Assembly: GCA_965230895.1 (NCBI GenBank)
Contig: OZ246394.1
Location: forward strand, 1,249,887 to 1,313,886
Length of the DNA: 64,000 bases
From: an uncultured Gammaproteobacteria bacterium
Lineage (GTDB): Bacteria; Patescibacteriota; Microgenomatia; Levybacterales; UBA12049
Direction: 5' to 3'
In this document: one piece after another, positions 20,786 to 31,468 of the stretch
Position numbering within the stretch: position 1 is the first letter of the stretch
How the letters are laid out: every line of letters starts with the position of its first letter
Made by a program: the position numbers and the translations under genes
The notes under the pieces: model-generated
Databases searched by the model: none
Seen by the model: only the letters and a program-made list of their open reading frames with translations
Told to the model about the DNA's origin: nothing

Positions 20786-23136
20786 AGGCTCAGGTGGAGT
20801 ATTTCCTGGAAGAATGGATTATACGTTACAAACATCTGCAGCAAGATTATAAAGATTATTGTACTGATCAAAAAGATATTGCCTCTTTTAATTGAATGCC
20901 ATCCAAAAGCAATAACGATAAGTAAATGAGAATAAATAATGCTATTAAAGATAATAGTTCGTGCCTGCTCAACCGGATATATGCCGAGAAGATAGTGATA
21001 AAAGAAGAACATAAATTCAGCAAGTGCTAATCCGATAAATCCAATCAAATAAAGTCGATCAAAGCTTAAGAGCTTTGAATTTGGATCTCTTGGCTTCATT
21101 GATAAGACACTTCTATCGCGACTTCCTGTTGCCAACGCAAGCGCAGGAATACTGTCCGTAATAAGGTTGATCCATAGAATTTGGGTAGGAAGTAAGGGTA
21201 GTGGCAAGTTAAAAAATGTTGCAAAGAAAACAAGGAGAATCTTTGCTAAGTTTCCTGAGATGAGGTAAAGAATTGCATTGACAATATTTTTATAGATAAT
21301 TCTTCCTTCTTCAACTGCTTTAACAAGTGTTGCGAAGTTATCATCAGCGAGAATGATGTCTGAAGCCTCTTTCGCTACATCTGTGCCAGTCTTACCCATA
21401 GAAACTCCTACATCGGCCTTCTTGAGTGCTAGAGCGTCATTGACACCATCTCCAGTTACTCCAACTATCATCCCTTGGTTCTGTAATAATGTTGCGATTC
21501 TCAGTTTTTGTTCAGGCTTAGTCCTCGCAAAAATTCTCGTTTTTAACAGAATAGAGGAAAGCTCCTCATCTGTTAGCTTTTCAAGCTCTTCACCTGTCAT
21601 CACATCTTCATCTTTGTCTATGAGGCTGACTTCTTTTGCCAGCGTTAAAGCAGTAAATTCATTGTCACCTGTAACCATGCTGACACGAATTCCTGCCGCA
21701 TGAGCTTTCTCTATAGCTTCTTTTGTTTCAAGTCGTGGAGGATCATACATCGCCATGAGGCCAAGAAAAATTAACTCTGATTCAAGACTCTCTCTCTTTT
21801 TATTTGCAATGTGTGTAGCCCGTTTATAGGCAAATCCAATTGTCCGAAGTCCAGCCTTGGCGAATGTCTCAAACTGCTTTGTAACTTTTGTACGCTCTGC
21901 ATCTGAAATTTTGCATTTTGCTAAAACAAACTCAGGTGCACCACGAACAAAAGCGTATTCGTGTTCCTCGTGATGCCAAAGTGTTGTAATTGTTTTTGTC
22001 TGAGAGTCAAAGACATATTCATCAAGAATTTTTCCGCCTTCTGTCTTGGCTAATGCTTCATGGTTTTTTGCCCAGGCGAGCATCGCTCCATCGGTTTGGT
22101 CTCCAATGATGTCGTATTCATTATTTGCTTTCTCGACAAGAGAAGCTGTATTTCCCAAGAGACACGATCGTACAAAAAAATGAAGAGAATCTTTATTAAG
22201 TAGCCATGTATCTCTCACTTTCATCTTGTTCTGGGTTATGGTTCCTGTTTTATCAGTGAGGATAATTTGAATAGCCCCAAGCGTTTCAATTGCAGCCATT
22301 TTTCGTACAATTGCATGCCTCTTTGCCATACGATTCGTTCCGACTGCAAATGCGATAGTAATGACAGCAGGAAGTCCTTCGGGAATGGCTGCTACGCCGA
22401 TTGTCCCAGCAACTAAAAGGAGCGGAATAAGCTCAGCATTGTGATATAAGCCAGCTGGGATAATGCTTAGTCCTGCAACAAGCGCAAAAACTGCAAGTAA
22501 CTTTGCCATATGATCAAAGCTTTTTTGCAATGGAGTCTTTTCCTCTTTAATTGAAGTTAATGTCTTTGCAATTTGGCCAAATTTGGTTTTCATGCCAATG
22601 CCTTCAATTACAGCAGTTCCTTTACCTTTCGTTATTAATGTCCCCCAATAAATACCCTCACTGAGATTCTTTACGACCGATAAAGATTCTCCAGTAAGAA
22701 TTGACTCATCAACCTCGAGATTGTCTGCATCTAAAAGCTTTCCATCTGCAGGTATTCGATCTCCTTCAGAAAGTATGATAATATCTCCTGGCACAATATC
22801 TTCTGCCAGAATCTGTGCTTCTTTCCCATCTCTTTTGACCCTTGCAATGGGTGCTGCGTACTGTTTAAGCTTCTCTAATGATTTTTCGGCTCTGTACTCT
22901 TGGATAAACCCAAAACAAGCATTAATAATAATTACTGCAAAGATAAATGAACCATCAATTCTATCCCCAATTGTAAAAAAGAACGCACCAGCTACTGCTA
23001 AAATTATATTAATTAGGGTAGGGAATTGCGCTAGAAATATTTTTAGTGCAGATGAAGTTGCGTGGGCAGAAATAACATTCTTTCCCAGTTTGCTTTGAAT
23101 TTCTTTCGCTTCGGAGGAGGACAGTCCGTGATCCAT
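20782..23136 (-). CDS. Cation-translocating P-type ATPase (type II-like)
   Basis: TGES, IPEGLP, DKTGT, TGDN, GDGVNDA, QILWINLITD. Confidence 0.94.
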   Translation of the reverse strand: MDHGLSSSEAKEIQSKLGKNVISAHATSSALKIFLAQFPTLINIILAVAGAFFFTIGDRIDGSFIFAVIIINACFGFIQEYRAEKSLEKLKQYAAPIARVKRDGKEAQILAEDIVPGDIIILSEGDRIPADGKLLDADNLEVDESILTGESLSVVKNLSEGIYWGTLITKGKGTAVIEGIGMKTKFGQIAKTLTSIKEEKTPLQKSFDHMAKLLAVFALVAGLSIIPAGLYHNAELIPLLLVAGTIGVAAIPEGLPAVITIAFAVGTNRMAKRHAIVRKMAAIETLGAIQIILTDKTGTITQNKMKVRDTWLLNKDSLHFFVRSCLLGNTASLVEKANNEYDIIGDQTDGAMLAWAKNHEALAKTEGGKILDEYVFDSQTKTITTLWHHEEHEYAFVRGAPEFVLAKCKISDAERTKVTKQFETFAKAGLRTIGFAYKRATHIANKKRESLESELIFLGLMAMYDPPRLETKEAIEKAHAAGIRVSMVTGDNEFTALTLAKEVSLIDKDEDVMTGEELEKLTDEELSSILLKTRIFARTKPEQKLRIATLLQNQGMIVGVTGDGVNDALALKKADVGVSMGKTGTDVAKEASDIILADDNFATLVKAVEEGRIIYKNIVNAILYLISGNLAKILLVFFATFFNLPLPLLPTQILWINLITDSIPALALATGSRDRSVLSMKPRDPNSKLLSFDRLYLIGFIGLALAEFMFFFYHYLLGIYPVEQARTIIFNSIIYSHLLIVIAFGWHSIKRGNIFLISTIIFIILLQMFVTYNPFFQEILHLSL

Positions 23137-23175
23137 CTATATACTAGTTTACCCAACCTTTCTAAAAAAACAAAA

Positions 23176-24705
23176 TTACTTATGTTCATGCCTGGGTCTG
23201 TATTGAAGAGATTCAGCTATATGATGTGGCTGGATATTTTCTAAACCTTCGAGATCTGCTATTGTTCGAGAAAGCTTTATCACTCTATAATATGCTCGAC
23301 CTGATAGCCCTAGCTTGCTGACAGCTGTTCTTAACAATTCTATGCATTCAGGAGAAAGGGGACAGAACTCCTTAATAGATTTGTTATTTAGCTCTGCATT
23401 TGAGGTTATAGCTGTTTCTTGGTACCGCTGCTCCTGGATATTTCTTGCCGTTTGCACTCGTGCTCTCACTGAAGCGGAGTTTTCCACATTTCCACTTTCT
23501 TGTTCAGTCAACTTTTCCACATTTACAGCAGGTATATCTAAATGCAGGTCAATTCGATCTAAAAGAGGGCCCGAAATGCGCTTCTTATACCTTGATATTT
23601 GTGATGGGGAACATGTGCATTGGTGTGTATTATCCCCAAGATATCCACATGGGCATGGATTCTGACTTGCAATGAGCATGCATTTGGCTGGAAAAGTAGT
23701 TTTCCCTTTAGCACGTGATATTGAAACTAACGCATCTTCAATTGGCTGACGTAAGCTTTCGAGAATTATTCGGGGAAACTCCGGGAATTCGTCAAGGAAA
23801 AGAACGCCTCTATGTGCCAACGTTATTTCTCCAGGGCGTGGATTTGATCCTCCACCGATGAGTCCAACAAGTGAAATGGTATGGTGCGGACTTCTAAATG
23901 GTCTTTGATAAATCATTGCGTCTTTGCCTAAAAGTCCTGCAGTACTGTATATTTTTGTTACTTCAAGCATCTCTTCAAAAGATAATCGAGGAAGAATTGA
24001 GGCAAGAGTTCGTGCAAGCAATGTTTTTCCTGCCCCAGGTGGTCCCTTGAAAAGCATATTGTGAGAGCCAGCAGCTGCTATCTCCAAAGCACGCTTCGCT
24101 TGTTGTTGACCTCGAACATCTTTTATATCGTGATCATAAACTTGCTCCGAAATAACTTCTTTAAAGTTTATTGATTGGCTCTTTTCCAGCGGTTGTTGTC
24201 CAGATAAATGAAAGAAGAGCTCTTTTAATGTTGGTACTGAAAGTATTGCAACATCATCGACAATAGCTGCTTCATTTGCGTTTTGCGCTGGTAGGAAAAA
24301 GTGGGTGAGTTTTTGTTGTCGTGCCATTAAAGCGTGGATAAGTGATCCGTTTATTGCTCGCACTCTGCCGTCAAGTGAAAGCTCTCCGCAGAAGAGGAAG
24401 GTCGAGACGTCAACCTGTAATTGGCCTGATGCTATTAAGATCCCTAAAGCAATTGGTAGATCATATGACGGTCCTTCTTTGGGAAGATCTGCGGGTGCTA
24501 AATTAACTGTAATTTTCCGAGCAGGAAAGTCTGCCCCAGAATTTCTAATTGCTGCCCTGACGCGTTCCTTTGCTTCTTCAACAGCTTTATCAGGAAGCCC
24601 TACTATTGTAAAAGATGGAAGACCCTGTGCGGCAATATCTACTTCAACTTCAATTGGAATTGAATCTAAACCAATAATCGCACCAGAAAATATTTTCGCT
24701 ATCAC
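23176..24705 (-). CDS. comM: ComM/YifB Mg-chelatase-like AAA+ helicase (probable GTG start 24705)
   Basis: IVGLPD, NLAPADLPKEG, GPPGAGKT, PFRSPHH, LAHRGVLFLDE, NPCPCG, SGPLLDRID. Confidence 0.94.
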   Translation of the reverse strand: MIAKIFSGAIIGLDSIPIEVEVDIAAQGLPSFTIVGLPDKAVEEAKERVRAAIRNSGADFPARKITVNLAPADLPKEGPSYDLPIALGILIASGQLQVDVSTFLFCGELSLDGRVRAINGSLIHALMARQQKLTHFFLPAQNANEAAIVDDVAILSVPTLKELFFHLSGQQPLEKSQSINFKEVISEQVYDHDIKDVRGQQQAKRALEIAAAGSHNMLFKGPPGAGKTLLARTLASILPRLSFEEMLEVTKIYSTAGLLGKDAMIYQRPFRSPHHTISLVGLIGGGSNPRPGEITLAHRGVLFLDEFPEFPRIILESLRQPIEDALVSISRAKGKTTFPAKCMLIASQNPCPCGYLGDNTHQCTCSPSQISRYKKRISGPLLDRIDLHLDIPAVNVEKLTEQESGNVENSASVRARVQTARNIQEQRYQETAITSNAELNNKSIKEFCPLSPECIELLRTAVSKLGLSGRAYYRVIKLSRTIADLEGLENIQPHHIAESLQYRPRHEHK

Positions 24706-24769
24706 ACTATTTATAATATACTTTTCTGCAAAACTTGACAAACATTATTAAATAGTATTATTCTATAGG

Positions 24770-24968
24770 TGTTGATCGAATGCATAGATCTAACTAGCCA
24801 AAAAAGTTATATTCTAGATATTCATAACTTTTAAGGGACAAGTAAAACCGTTTATCCTTAAAAAAGATAAACAAAAAAGGAAGGTATAGAACGATAGAGT
24901 TCACAAAGTTTTATTGCTTTATATCATTTCAATAGAAAGATCTGCCTAAAAAACAGATCTTTTTATTT
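24770..24968 (+). ncRNA. Candidate structured small RNA between comM and dnaG
   Basis: TTGACA (24735), 18 nt, TATTCT (24759); three hairpins; last is followed by a T run; no substantial ORF. Confidence 0.4.
24936..24968 (+). terminator. Intrinsic terminator
   Basis: AAAGATCTG-cctaaaaaa-CAGATCTTT followed by TTATTT. Confidence 0.65.
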
Positions 24969-25034
24969 GGGAAAAACGCCTCAATTTTAAAGCCCGCAAG
25001 ACATACCAATACTTCCGTGCTACAATAGCCTCGT

Positions 25035-26795
25035 ATGGACGAAGTTGCTCAAGTAAGAGAAAAAATAGATTTGGCTGCGCTTATTTCTGAATACGTTCCT
25101 CTCAAAAAAGCTGGACGTAACTTTAAATCTCCATGCCCATTCCATACAGAGAAAAGTCCTTCGTTTGTCGTTTCTCCAGAAAGACAGATCTGGCATTGTT
25201 TTGGTTGTGGTAAAGGTGGAGATTGTTATACGTTCCTTATGGAGTATGAACGATTAGAATTTCCCGAAGCACTACGGATGCTAGCAAAGCGGGTAGGTGT
25301 AGAATTGACAAACCGTGGTAAAAGATCCGAAACCACGTCCCAGAAAGAACGACTTTATCAAGCAAATAGTCTTGCAAAAGAGTTTTACCATTATGTTTTG
25401 ATGCAGCACAAAGTAGGGGAGAAGGCGAGAGAATATCTAAGGAATAGAGGTATAACTGAAGCTGTCATGAAAACCTTTATGCTAGGTTTTTCTCCGAGTA
25501 ATGGGAGAGCGCTGTCAGAATATTTGGTAGGGAAGAAAGGGTTTTCAAATGAAGAAATTGTTGCAGCAGGTTTAGCCTACCAACGTGGTCCGAAACCTCA
25601 AGATTTCTTTTGGGGGAGATTGATGTTTCCTTTAATTGATCATAGGGATAATGTAGTCGGATTCTCTGGGAGGATTTTAGATAATAATGATAAGACCTCT
25701 AAATATATTAATACAAGAGAGACGCTCATTTATCATAAAGGTGAACATTTCTATGGACTGTCTGTCACTAAAGATGCAATTCGCAGAACTGACCAAGCAA
25801 TTATTGTTGAAGGAGAATTTGATGTCATATCCTGTTTTGAAAATGGTATATCCAATGTTGTTGGGGTAAAAGGAACAGCTTTAACCGAGAATCAGGTGAA
25901 CTTGCTTGCACGTTTTGCCCAAAAGATTACATTTTGCTTTGATGGAGATAAAGCTGGACAAGAAGCAATTAAGCGGAGTCTGGCTGTTGTCGAGAAAAAG
26001 AATATAACTCCGACGGTTATTGAAATTCCAGGAGGTAAAGATCCTGATGAGGCGCTCAAGAATGAGCCTGGATTATTTAAAAAGGCTGTCAAGGAAGAAA
26101 GTGGCGTCTATGACTTCCTGTTCAAAAAAACCTTTGCTGCTTTCGATAATGAAAGCGCTGAAGGGAAAAAACAGATTTCGGATGCTTTATTGCCATTTTT
26201 AGTTGAGATAAAAAACGAGATTATTAAAGAACATTTTCTGAGGAAGTTGAGTTCAGATCTTGGAACTTCATATGAGAGTATTATTAAAGAGCTGAACAGA
26301 ATGCGTAGAAATGAAGCACCAAGAGTTGAAAAGGTTGAAGAGCCTAAATCGAGAAAGAATAAAGAGGAAGTGCTCGAGGAGTATCTATTTGCGCTGATAA
26401 TTCAGCATTCAACGCCAATTCATATGGCACAACACACTATGCAATCTCTTTCATTAGTCTTTGAAAAGGATCGTGTTTACCAAAAGCTTCTTTCTCTTTT
26501 AAGTAGCGCTTCTGCGGATGGGACGTTCTCATCTAAATCATTTGGAGACACGCTTCCTAAGGAATTATCGTCAAGTTTCGATACAAGCATCTTATATCCG
26601 CTGCCACCTTTTATCGAAGAAAAGCAACATACAGAAGAGATTCATGTTATTACAAAAAAGTTAAAACAGCTCTATGTCCAGAAGCATTTGAAGCAATTAG
26701 CCACGGAAATTCAAGAAAACGATGAAAAAGGAGAAGATACTGACGAATTAAAGAAACGATATTCAGAACTTTCTTCTCAGCTAGAAATAACTTGA
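25035..26795 (+). CDS. dnaG: DNA primase
   Basis: CPFHTEKSPSF...HCFGC zinc finger, RLMFP, KYINT, VEGEFD, FDGDKAG, KDPDE. Confidence 0.97.
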   Translation: MDEVAQVREKIDLAALISEYVPLKKAGRNFKSPCPFHTEKSPSFVVSPERQIWHCFGCGKGGDCYTFLMEYERLEFPEALRMLAKRVGVELTNRGKRSETTSQKERLYQANSLAKEFYHYVLMQHKVGEKAREYLRNRGITEAVMKTFMLGFSPSNGRALSEYLVGKKGFSNEEIVAAGLAYQRGPKPQDFFWGRLMFPLIDHRDNVVGFSGRILDNNDKTSKYINTRETLIYHKGEHFYGLSVTKDAIRRTDQAIIVEGEFDVISCFENGISNVVGVKGTALTENQVNLLARFAQKITFCFDGDKAGQEAIKRSLAVVEKKNITPTVIEIPGGKDPDEALKNEPGLFKKAVKEESGVYDFLFKKTFAAFDNESAEGKKQISDALLPFLVEIKNEIIKEHFLRKLSSDLGTSYESIIKELNRMRRNEAPRVEKVEEPKSRKNKEEVLEEYLFALIIQHSTPIHMAQHTMQSLSLVFEKDRVYQKLLSLLSSASADGTFSSKSFGDTLPKELSSSFDTSILYPLPPFIEEKQHTEEIHVITKKLKQLYVQKHLKQLATEIQENDEKGEDTDELKKRYSELSSQLEIT

Positions 26796-26936
26796 GAGAA
26801 GAGCTTGTAAATCATAAAAAAATAGAGTATTCTATGTATAACTTCTCAATTGAGAGTTAGAACTTCGAACCACATGATTGAACTGGGTTAAATGCCCCAG
26901 TTTGCATGCTTGCGTGAATGTGCTACAATATACACT

Positions 26937-28019
26937 ATGTCCCTAAAGTTGTCACCACTATTAACTGATGTTGTTACCTCCGCCAAGAAACGCGGTTATA
27001 TTACACAAGATGAAATCTTAGGAATTTATTCAAAACCTGAAGATCATATTGAAGATCTAGACGCTCTCTACGATAAACTCATGCGTTCAAACATTGATGT
27101 GTTTGAATCAGTAGCTCAACAGCAAGATAATCAAAAACCAATTGAAGACCTTGAGAAAGAACTTGAAGCACTAACAGTTTTGACAGAAGGCTCAGTCAGT
27201 GATCCTGTCAGAATGTACCTTAAAGAAATTGGACGAATCCCACTTCTTAACTTTGATGAAGAAATCGAACTTGCAAAGAGAGTAGAGAATGGTGATGGCA
27301 GAGCAAAACAAAAGCTTATCAATTCTAATCTTCGTTTAGTAGTTTCCATTGCAAAGAAATATATTGGCCGCGGATTATCACTTTTGGATCTTATCCAAGA
27401 AGGTAACCAAGGTCTTATTCGTGCTGTTGAAAAATATGATTGGAGAAGAGGATTTAAGTTCTCAACTTACGCAACATGGTGGATTCGCCAATCTGTGACT
27501 CGTGCGATTGCTGATCAAGCTCGAACAATCCGTATTCCAGTTCATATGGTTGAAAATATCAACCGATTCCTCCGTTCACAAAGGCGATTGATGCAGGAAT
27601 TAGGTCGAGAGCCAACCCCAGAAGAAGTTGCAGCAGTACTTGGTATTGAACCAGATAAAGCACTTGAAATCATTAAGATCTCTCAAAATCCAGCTTCTTT
27701 GGAAGCCCCAGTTGGTGACGAAGAAGATTCACGACTTGGAGATTTCATTCATGATGTTTCGGCACCAACACTTTTTGATTCTGCTTCACGTGAATTATTA
27801 AAAGAACAAGTAGATCAAGTCCTCGGAACGCTCTCTGATCGTGAAAGAAGAGTCTTAAAAGAACGATTTGGTTTGGATGATGGTCGGCCAAAGACACTTG
27901 AAGAAGTTGGCCGTATGTTCCAAGTTACTCGCGAACGTATTCGTCAGATTGAAGCAAAAGCACTCCGAAAGCTTCGACATCCTTCACGCGGTAACAAACT
28001 TCGTGACTACCTCGTTTAG
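26937..28019 (+). CDS. rpoD: RNA polymerase primary sigma factor (start corrected to 26937)
   Basis: [50 protein letters not shown]. Confidence 0.97.
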   Translation: MSLKLSPLLTDVVTSAKKRGYITQDEILGIYSKPEDHIEDLDALYDKLMRSNIDVFESVAQQQDNQKPIEDLEKELEALTVLTEGSVSDPVRMYLKEIGRIPLLNFDEEIELAKRVENGDGRAKQKLINSNLRLVVSIAKKYIGRGLSLLDLIQEGNQGLIRAVEKYDWRRGFKFSTYATWWIRQSVTRAIADQARTIRIPVHMVENINRFLRSQRRLMQELGREPTPEEVAAVLGIEPDKALEIIKISQNPASLEAPVGDEEDSRLGDFIHDVSAPTLFDSASRELLKEQVDQVLGTLSDRERRVLKERFGLDDGRPKTLEEVGRMFQVTRERIRQIEAKALRKLRHPSRGNKLRDYLV

Positions 28020-28026
28020 GTAAATC

Positions 28027-28266
28027 TTACTTTTTATTAGGTGAACCGCCTCTTGTTGGTCTATCATCCCTTCGCAGCATAGCTGGTGGCATGCTAGCCG
28101 CTGGTCCTTTTAGCTGCTTTGTCGGTTCAGCAGGGATATGTCCTGCCGATAAAACCTCCCAAGTTATAGCCATTTCTCGAGCTTTATCTCGTGGATACCC
28201 TTCTTTTTCCAATACAATTTGCTTTGTCCAAACGTGGTGAGGGATTCCTCTAAGTAACCGTTCCAT
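28027..28266 (-). CDS. Hypothetical protein (79 aa)
   Basis: Fills the gap after rpoD; TATCAT 6 nt before the ATG, like other genes here; no recognised domain. Confidence 0.5.
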   Translation of the reverse strand: MERLLRGIPHHVWTKQIVLEKEGYPRDKAREMAITWEVLSAGHIPAEPTKQLKGPAASMPPAMLRRDDRPTRGGSPNKK

Positions 28267-28399
28267 GCCAGCATGATACTATGGGTTTAGCTAGAAGTCA
28301 AATGGATCAGCATTAGCAGAACATATTATCGTACAATATCTCGTTTAATTTTCTCATTGAAATTGTTTCTTCGGTATGGTTATATAGAGCTGATAGACA

Positions 28400-29947
28400 A
28401 TGCTCAATGCAATAAAAGCCTTTCTTAACAATGTTTTTCTACTTTTCATAATTTTTATTACCGGTGCTGCAGTGCTCATTTTGGAGGTCACTGCCACACG
28501 AATTCTTACCCCTTATTTCGGAAATACCATTTATACGTTTTCAAGTATTATTAGTGTTATTCTTCTGGCATTGAGTCTGGGATATTTTATGGGTGGTAGG
28601 TTGGCAGATAAGCGTGGAAGTGAATTCTTGTTTTATCAGCTTATTGCTCTTAGTGGATTAAGCGTATTTGTTCTTCATTTAATTAACATTTATATTGTTC
28701 CTCAAGTTGGTACCCAATTATCGTTGCGAGATGGACCTTTAGTTGCTTCCATCCTTCTCTTTTTGCTTCCAGGTCTTCTGCTGGGGATGTTATCTCCACT
28801 TGTTGCGAAACTGCAGAAATTGCGTTTAAAGAAGCAGGGGATTGGTCACATAACCGGTGACGTATTCTTTTGGTCAACGCTTGGGAGTATCGTTGGAAGT
28901 TTGTCTGCTGGGTTCTACTTGATTCCTAATTTTGGTGTTCGAGAAATAATTGTTGGAGTTGGCGTAGCTCTGTTTTCTATCGGTTTATTGGGTATGTTCC
29001 TCCCTCGGCATAAAAACTCTTCTGTCGGAAAAGTTATTGTACTGTTTCTAACACTTCCAATTGTGCATCTAACATTGTTTTCTTTTAACCTAATCCGGGA
29101 GAACCCTGCAGTTGTTTATAGGCAAGAAGGTGTTTATGACAATATTGTTATCTATGATGGGGAATTTTATGGAACTCCTGCACGATTCTTGCAACAGGCT
29201 ACAGATGCTTCTAGTGCAATGTATCTTTCTTCAGATGAGCTCGTTTATGATTATACAAAGTATTATGAAGTGTACAAGTTAATAAATAATAACGCACAGA
29301 ATGCACTTGTCATCGGTGGAGGAGCATATTCCATCCCAAAAGCTTTACTCAGAGATGATCCAAATGTTACAGTTGAAGTCGCTGAGATTGAGCCAGAATT
29401 GTTCCCACTCGGACAGAAATATTTTAGAGTGCCTAACGATCCTCGTCTGCAAAACCATGTGGAAGATGGAAGAAGGCTCTTAATGAATAGCGACAAAAAA
29501 TATGAACTTATATTTAGTGATGCGTTCCATTTCTCAATTCCACCCCATTTAACAACAAAAGAGTTTTTCGAGTTAAGTAAATCGAAGCTAACAACAAACG
29601 GAGTTTTTGTTGCTAATGTTATTGGAAGTCTAAATGAAACATCTCCATCGTTTCTCTTCTCCGAAATAAAGACTTTTCAAAGTGTTTATCCAAATAGTTA
29701 TTTCTTTGCTGTTGATACTCTTGAGAAGAGTTCATTGCAAAATATCATTATGGTTGGATATAACGGTGAAGAAGGTATAGACTTGCTATCTGTAGACACA
29801 ACAGAACCATTTTTGAGCCAGCTTCCAAGTCATTTAATAGATATAAATAAGTACGATCTCTCTTCACATACAATCTTTACCGATGATTATGCTCCAGTAG
29901 AGTATTTTATTAGTAGGAGATTGACTGACAAAACGGAAGAGAATTGA
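28400..29947 (+). CDS. Fused membrane domain/spermidine-synthase-like SAM-dependent transferase
   Basis: About 7 N-terminal TM helices (LGYFMGGRLAD); LVIGGGAYSIP, EIEPE, EDGR, DAF, TDDYAPVE. Confidence 0.85.
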   Translation: MLNAIKAFLNNVFLLFIIFITGAAVLILEVTATRILTPYFGNTIYTFSSIISVILLALSLGYFMGGRLADKRGSEFLFYQLIALSGLSVFVLHLINIYIVPQVGTQLSLRDGPLVASILLFLLPGLLLGMLSPLVAKLQKLRLKKQGIGHITGDVFFWSTLGSIVGSLSAGFYLIPNFGVREIIVGVGVALFSIGLLGMFLPRHKNSSVGKVIVLFLTLPIVHLTLFSFNLIRENPAVVYRQEGVYDNIVIYDGEFYGTPARFLQQATDASSAMYLSSDELVYDYTKYYEVYKLINNNAQNALVIGGGAYSIPKALLRDDPNVTVEVAEIEPELFPLGQKYFRVPNDPRLQNHVEDGRRLLMNSDKKYELIFSDAFHFSIPPHLTTKEFFELSKSKLTTNGVFVANVIGSLNETSPSFLFSEIKTFQSVYPNSYFFAVDTLEKSSLQNIIMVGYNGEEGIDLLSVDTTEPFLSQLPSHLIDINKYDLSSHTIFTDDYAPVEYFISRRLTDKTEEN

Positions 29948-29985
29948 TAGGCTCTTTTTTATACGTTTTACATTATAATATAGTA

Positions 29986-30516
29986 ATGGACAAAAAAAGC
30001 GCAGCACAAGTTGTTAAATCGCCTATATTTAAACTCATAGCATCTGTTTTAGGCGTAATTTTCTTAATTCTAACCTTTTTTATCACCCTCGCTCCAGATA
30101 CATTCAGTGGATATGGCTATCTCGGAATATTCCTTTTCAATATCTTTAATACGAGTATCCTTATCATGCCAATTCTTCTCGAACGATTTGATCTTTGGGG
30201 TATTATTTTCTTTTCTGCATTAGGTAATATTCCGAATACAAGTGTCAACTACTTAGTAGGGGACACAAGTAAGAGACTGTTTCCCCATAACTCAGTCATT
30301 ACACTACTTAAAAAATGGATGCACAAAAGATATGGCCTTGTGGTTGTCTACCTTATTGCAATTATTCCGCTGCCAATTGATATCAATGGTTTGCTGGCCG
30401 GTTATGTCGGGATTCCATTTAAATGGTACATCTTAGTTAATTTCTTAGGGCGAGCGACTTCTTTTCTTCTCGCCGGCTTAGGAGTTTGGACATTTGCTCA
30501 GGCCATGGGATGGTAA
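29986..30516 (+). CDS. VTT/SNARE-associated (DedA-like) membrane protein (start 29986)
   Basis: Hydrophobic; IPLPIDINGLLAGYVGIPFKWYILVNFLGR. Confidence 0.65.
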   Translation: MDKKSAAQVVKSPIFKLIASVLGVIFLILTFFITLAPDTFSGYGYLGIFLFNIFNTSILIMPILLERFDLWGIIFFSALGNIPNTSVNYLVGDTSKRLFPHNSVITLLKKWMHKRYGLVVVYLIAIIPLPIDINGLLAGYVGIPFKWYILVNFLGRATSFLLAGLGVWTFAQAMGW

Positions 30517-30572
30517 AAGTAAAGGCTGGATTTCTCTCTTCGTTGATGTTAAAATAACCCTTACCGTTACAT

Positions 30573-30644
30573 TCCGCGATAGCTCAGCGGTAGAGCAGGA
30601 AGCTGTTAACTTCAAGGTCCTAGGTTCGAATCCTAGTCGCGGAG
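30573..30644 (+). tRNA. tRNA-Asn(GTT), CCA not encoded
   Basis: Acceptor TCCGCGA/TCGCGGA, D arm GCTC/GAGC, anticodon loop CTGTTAA, T arm CTAGG-TTCGAAT-CCTAG, discriminator G. Confidence 0.96.
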
Positions 30645-30680
30645 CAAGATAAAATCGCTTTAATTTGCTATTATTACCAT

Positions 30681-31106
30681 ATGGCTACAATAAATACTTG
30701 GATTAACTTCAATGGTAATGCTGAAGAAGCATTCACTTTTTATAAATCTGTTTTTGGTGGAGAATTCACGAAGGTTATTCGTTTTAAAGATATTGCGAGT
30801 GATGAATTCCCTGTGGCAGAAAAAGAAGAGAATAAAATAATGTATATTGCCTTGCCTATTGGTAGTGCTTTGTTGATAGCCAATGATGTTCCGGAGGTTC
30901 TGGGGCGAGTAGATGAGCATGAGAACCGAAGCAAAATTTTGTTAAGTACGGAAAATAAAGAAGAGGTTGATAGATTGTTTAATGGGCTTTCGGTTGGAGG
31001 AGAAGTAGAGGGGCCTGCGGGAGACAGTCCATGGGGTACATATGCGAGTATGTTTCGAGATAAGTATGGTATAGAGTGGATCATTGAGTTTTCTCCTTCT
31101 AAATAG
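30681..31106 (+). CDS. VOC-family (PhnB-like) protein
   Basis: FNGNAEEAFTFYKSVFGG, PWG...FRDKYGIEW. Confidence 0.88.
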   Translation: MATINTWINFNGNAEEAFTFYKSVFGGEFTKVIRFKDIASDEFPVAEKEENKIMYIALPIGSALLIANDVPEVLGRVDEHENRSKILLSTENKEEVDRLFNGLSVGGEVEGPAGDSPWGTYASMFRDKYGIEWIIEFSPSK

Positions 31107-31111
31107 TTCAA

Positions 31112-31396
31112 ATGATTAAATCATGCCCCAAGGGACATACTTTTGAAAAGACGAGCGATTGTGCAACATGTCCAATTTGCATCTCAAAAGAAATGAATGA
31201 GAAATATGGTCAGGAATTCCCCAAAATTGGAAATCCAGCTCTAAGCGCACTTGACCATGCGGGTATAAATCACTTAGTTGAACTCCCAAAATATACGGAA
31301 AAAGAATTATTGGCTCTTCATGGGTTTGGGCCAAAGGCTTTAGGTATTTTACGTGCCGAGCTTGAAAATAGGGGATTGGCCTTTGCAAAGAAATAG
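31112..31396 (+). CDS. Small Cys-rich/helix-hairpin-helix (alpha-CTD-like) protein
   Basis: CPKGH...CATCPIC, then IGNPALSAL...ELLALHGFGPKAL. Confidence 0.7.
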   Translation: MIKSCPKGHTFEKTSDCATCPICISKEMNEKYGQEFPKIGNPALSALDHAGINHLVELPKYTEKELLALHGFGPKALGILRAELENRGLAFAKK

Positions 31397-31468
31397 CCAC
31401 GCCTTAAAACTCTTCCCCAAAATTTACATTTATACAGTAACCTCGTAATGGAATAATACGCCTTATTT

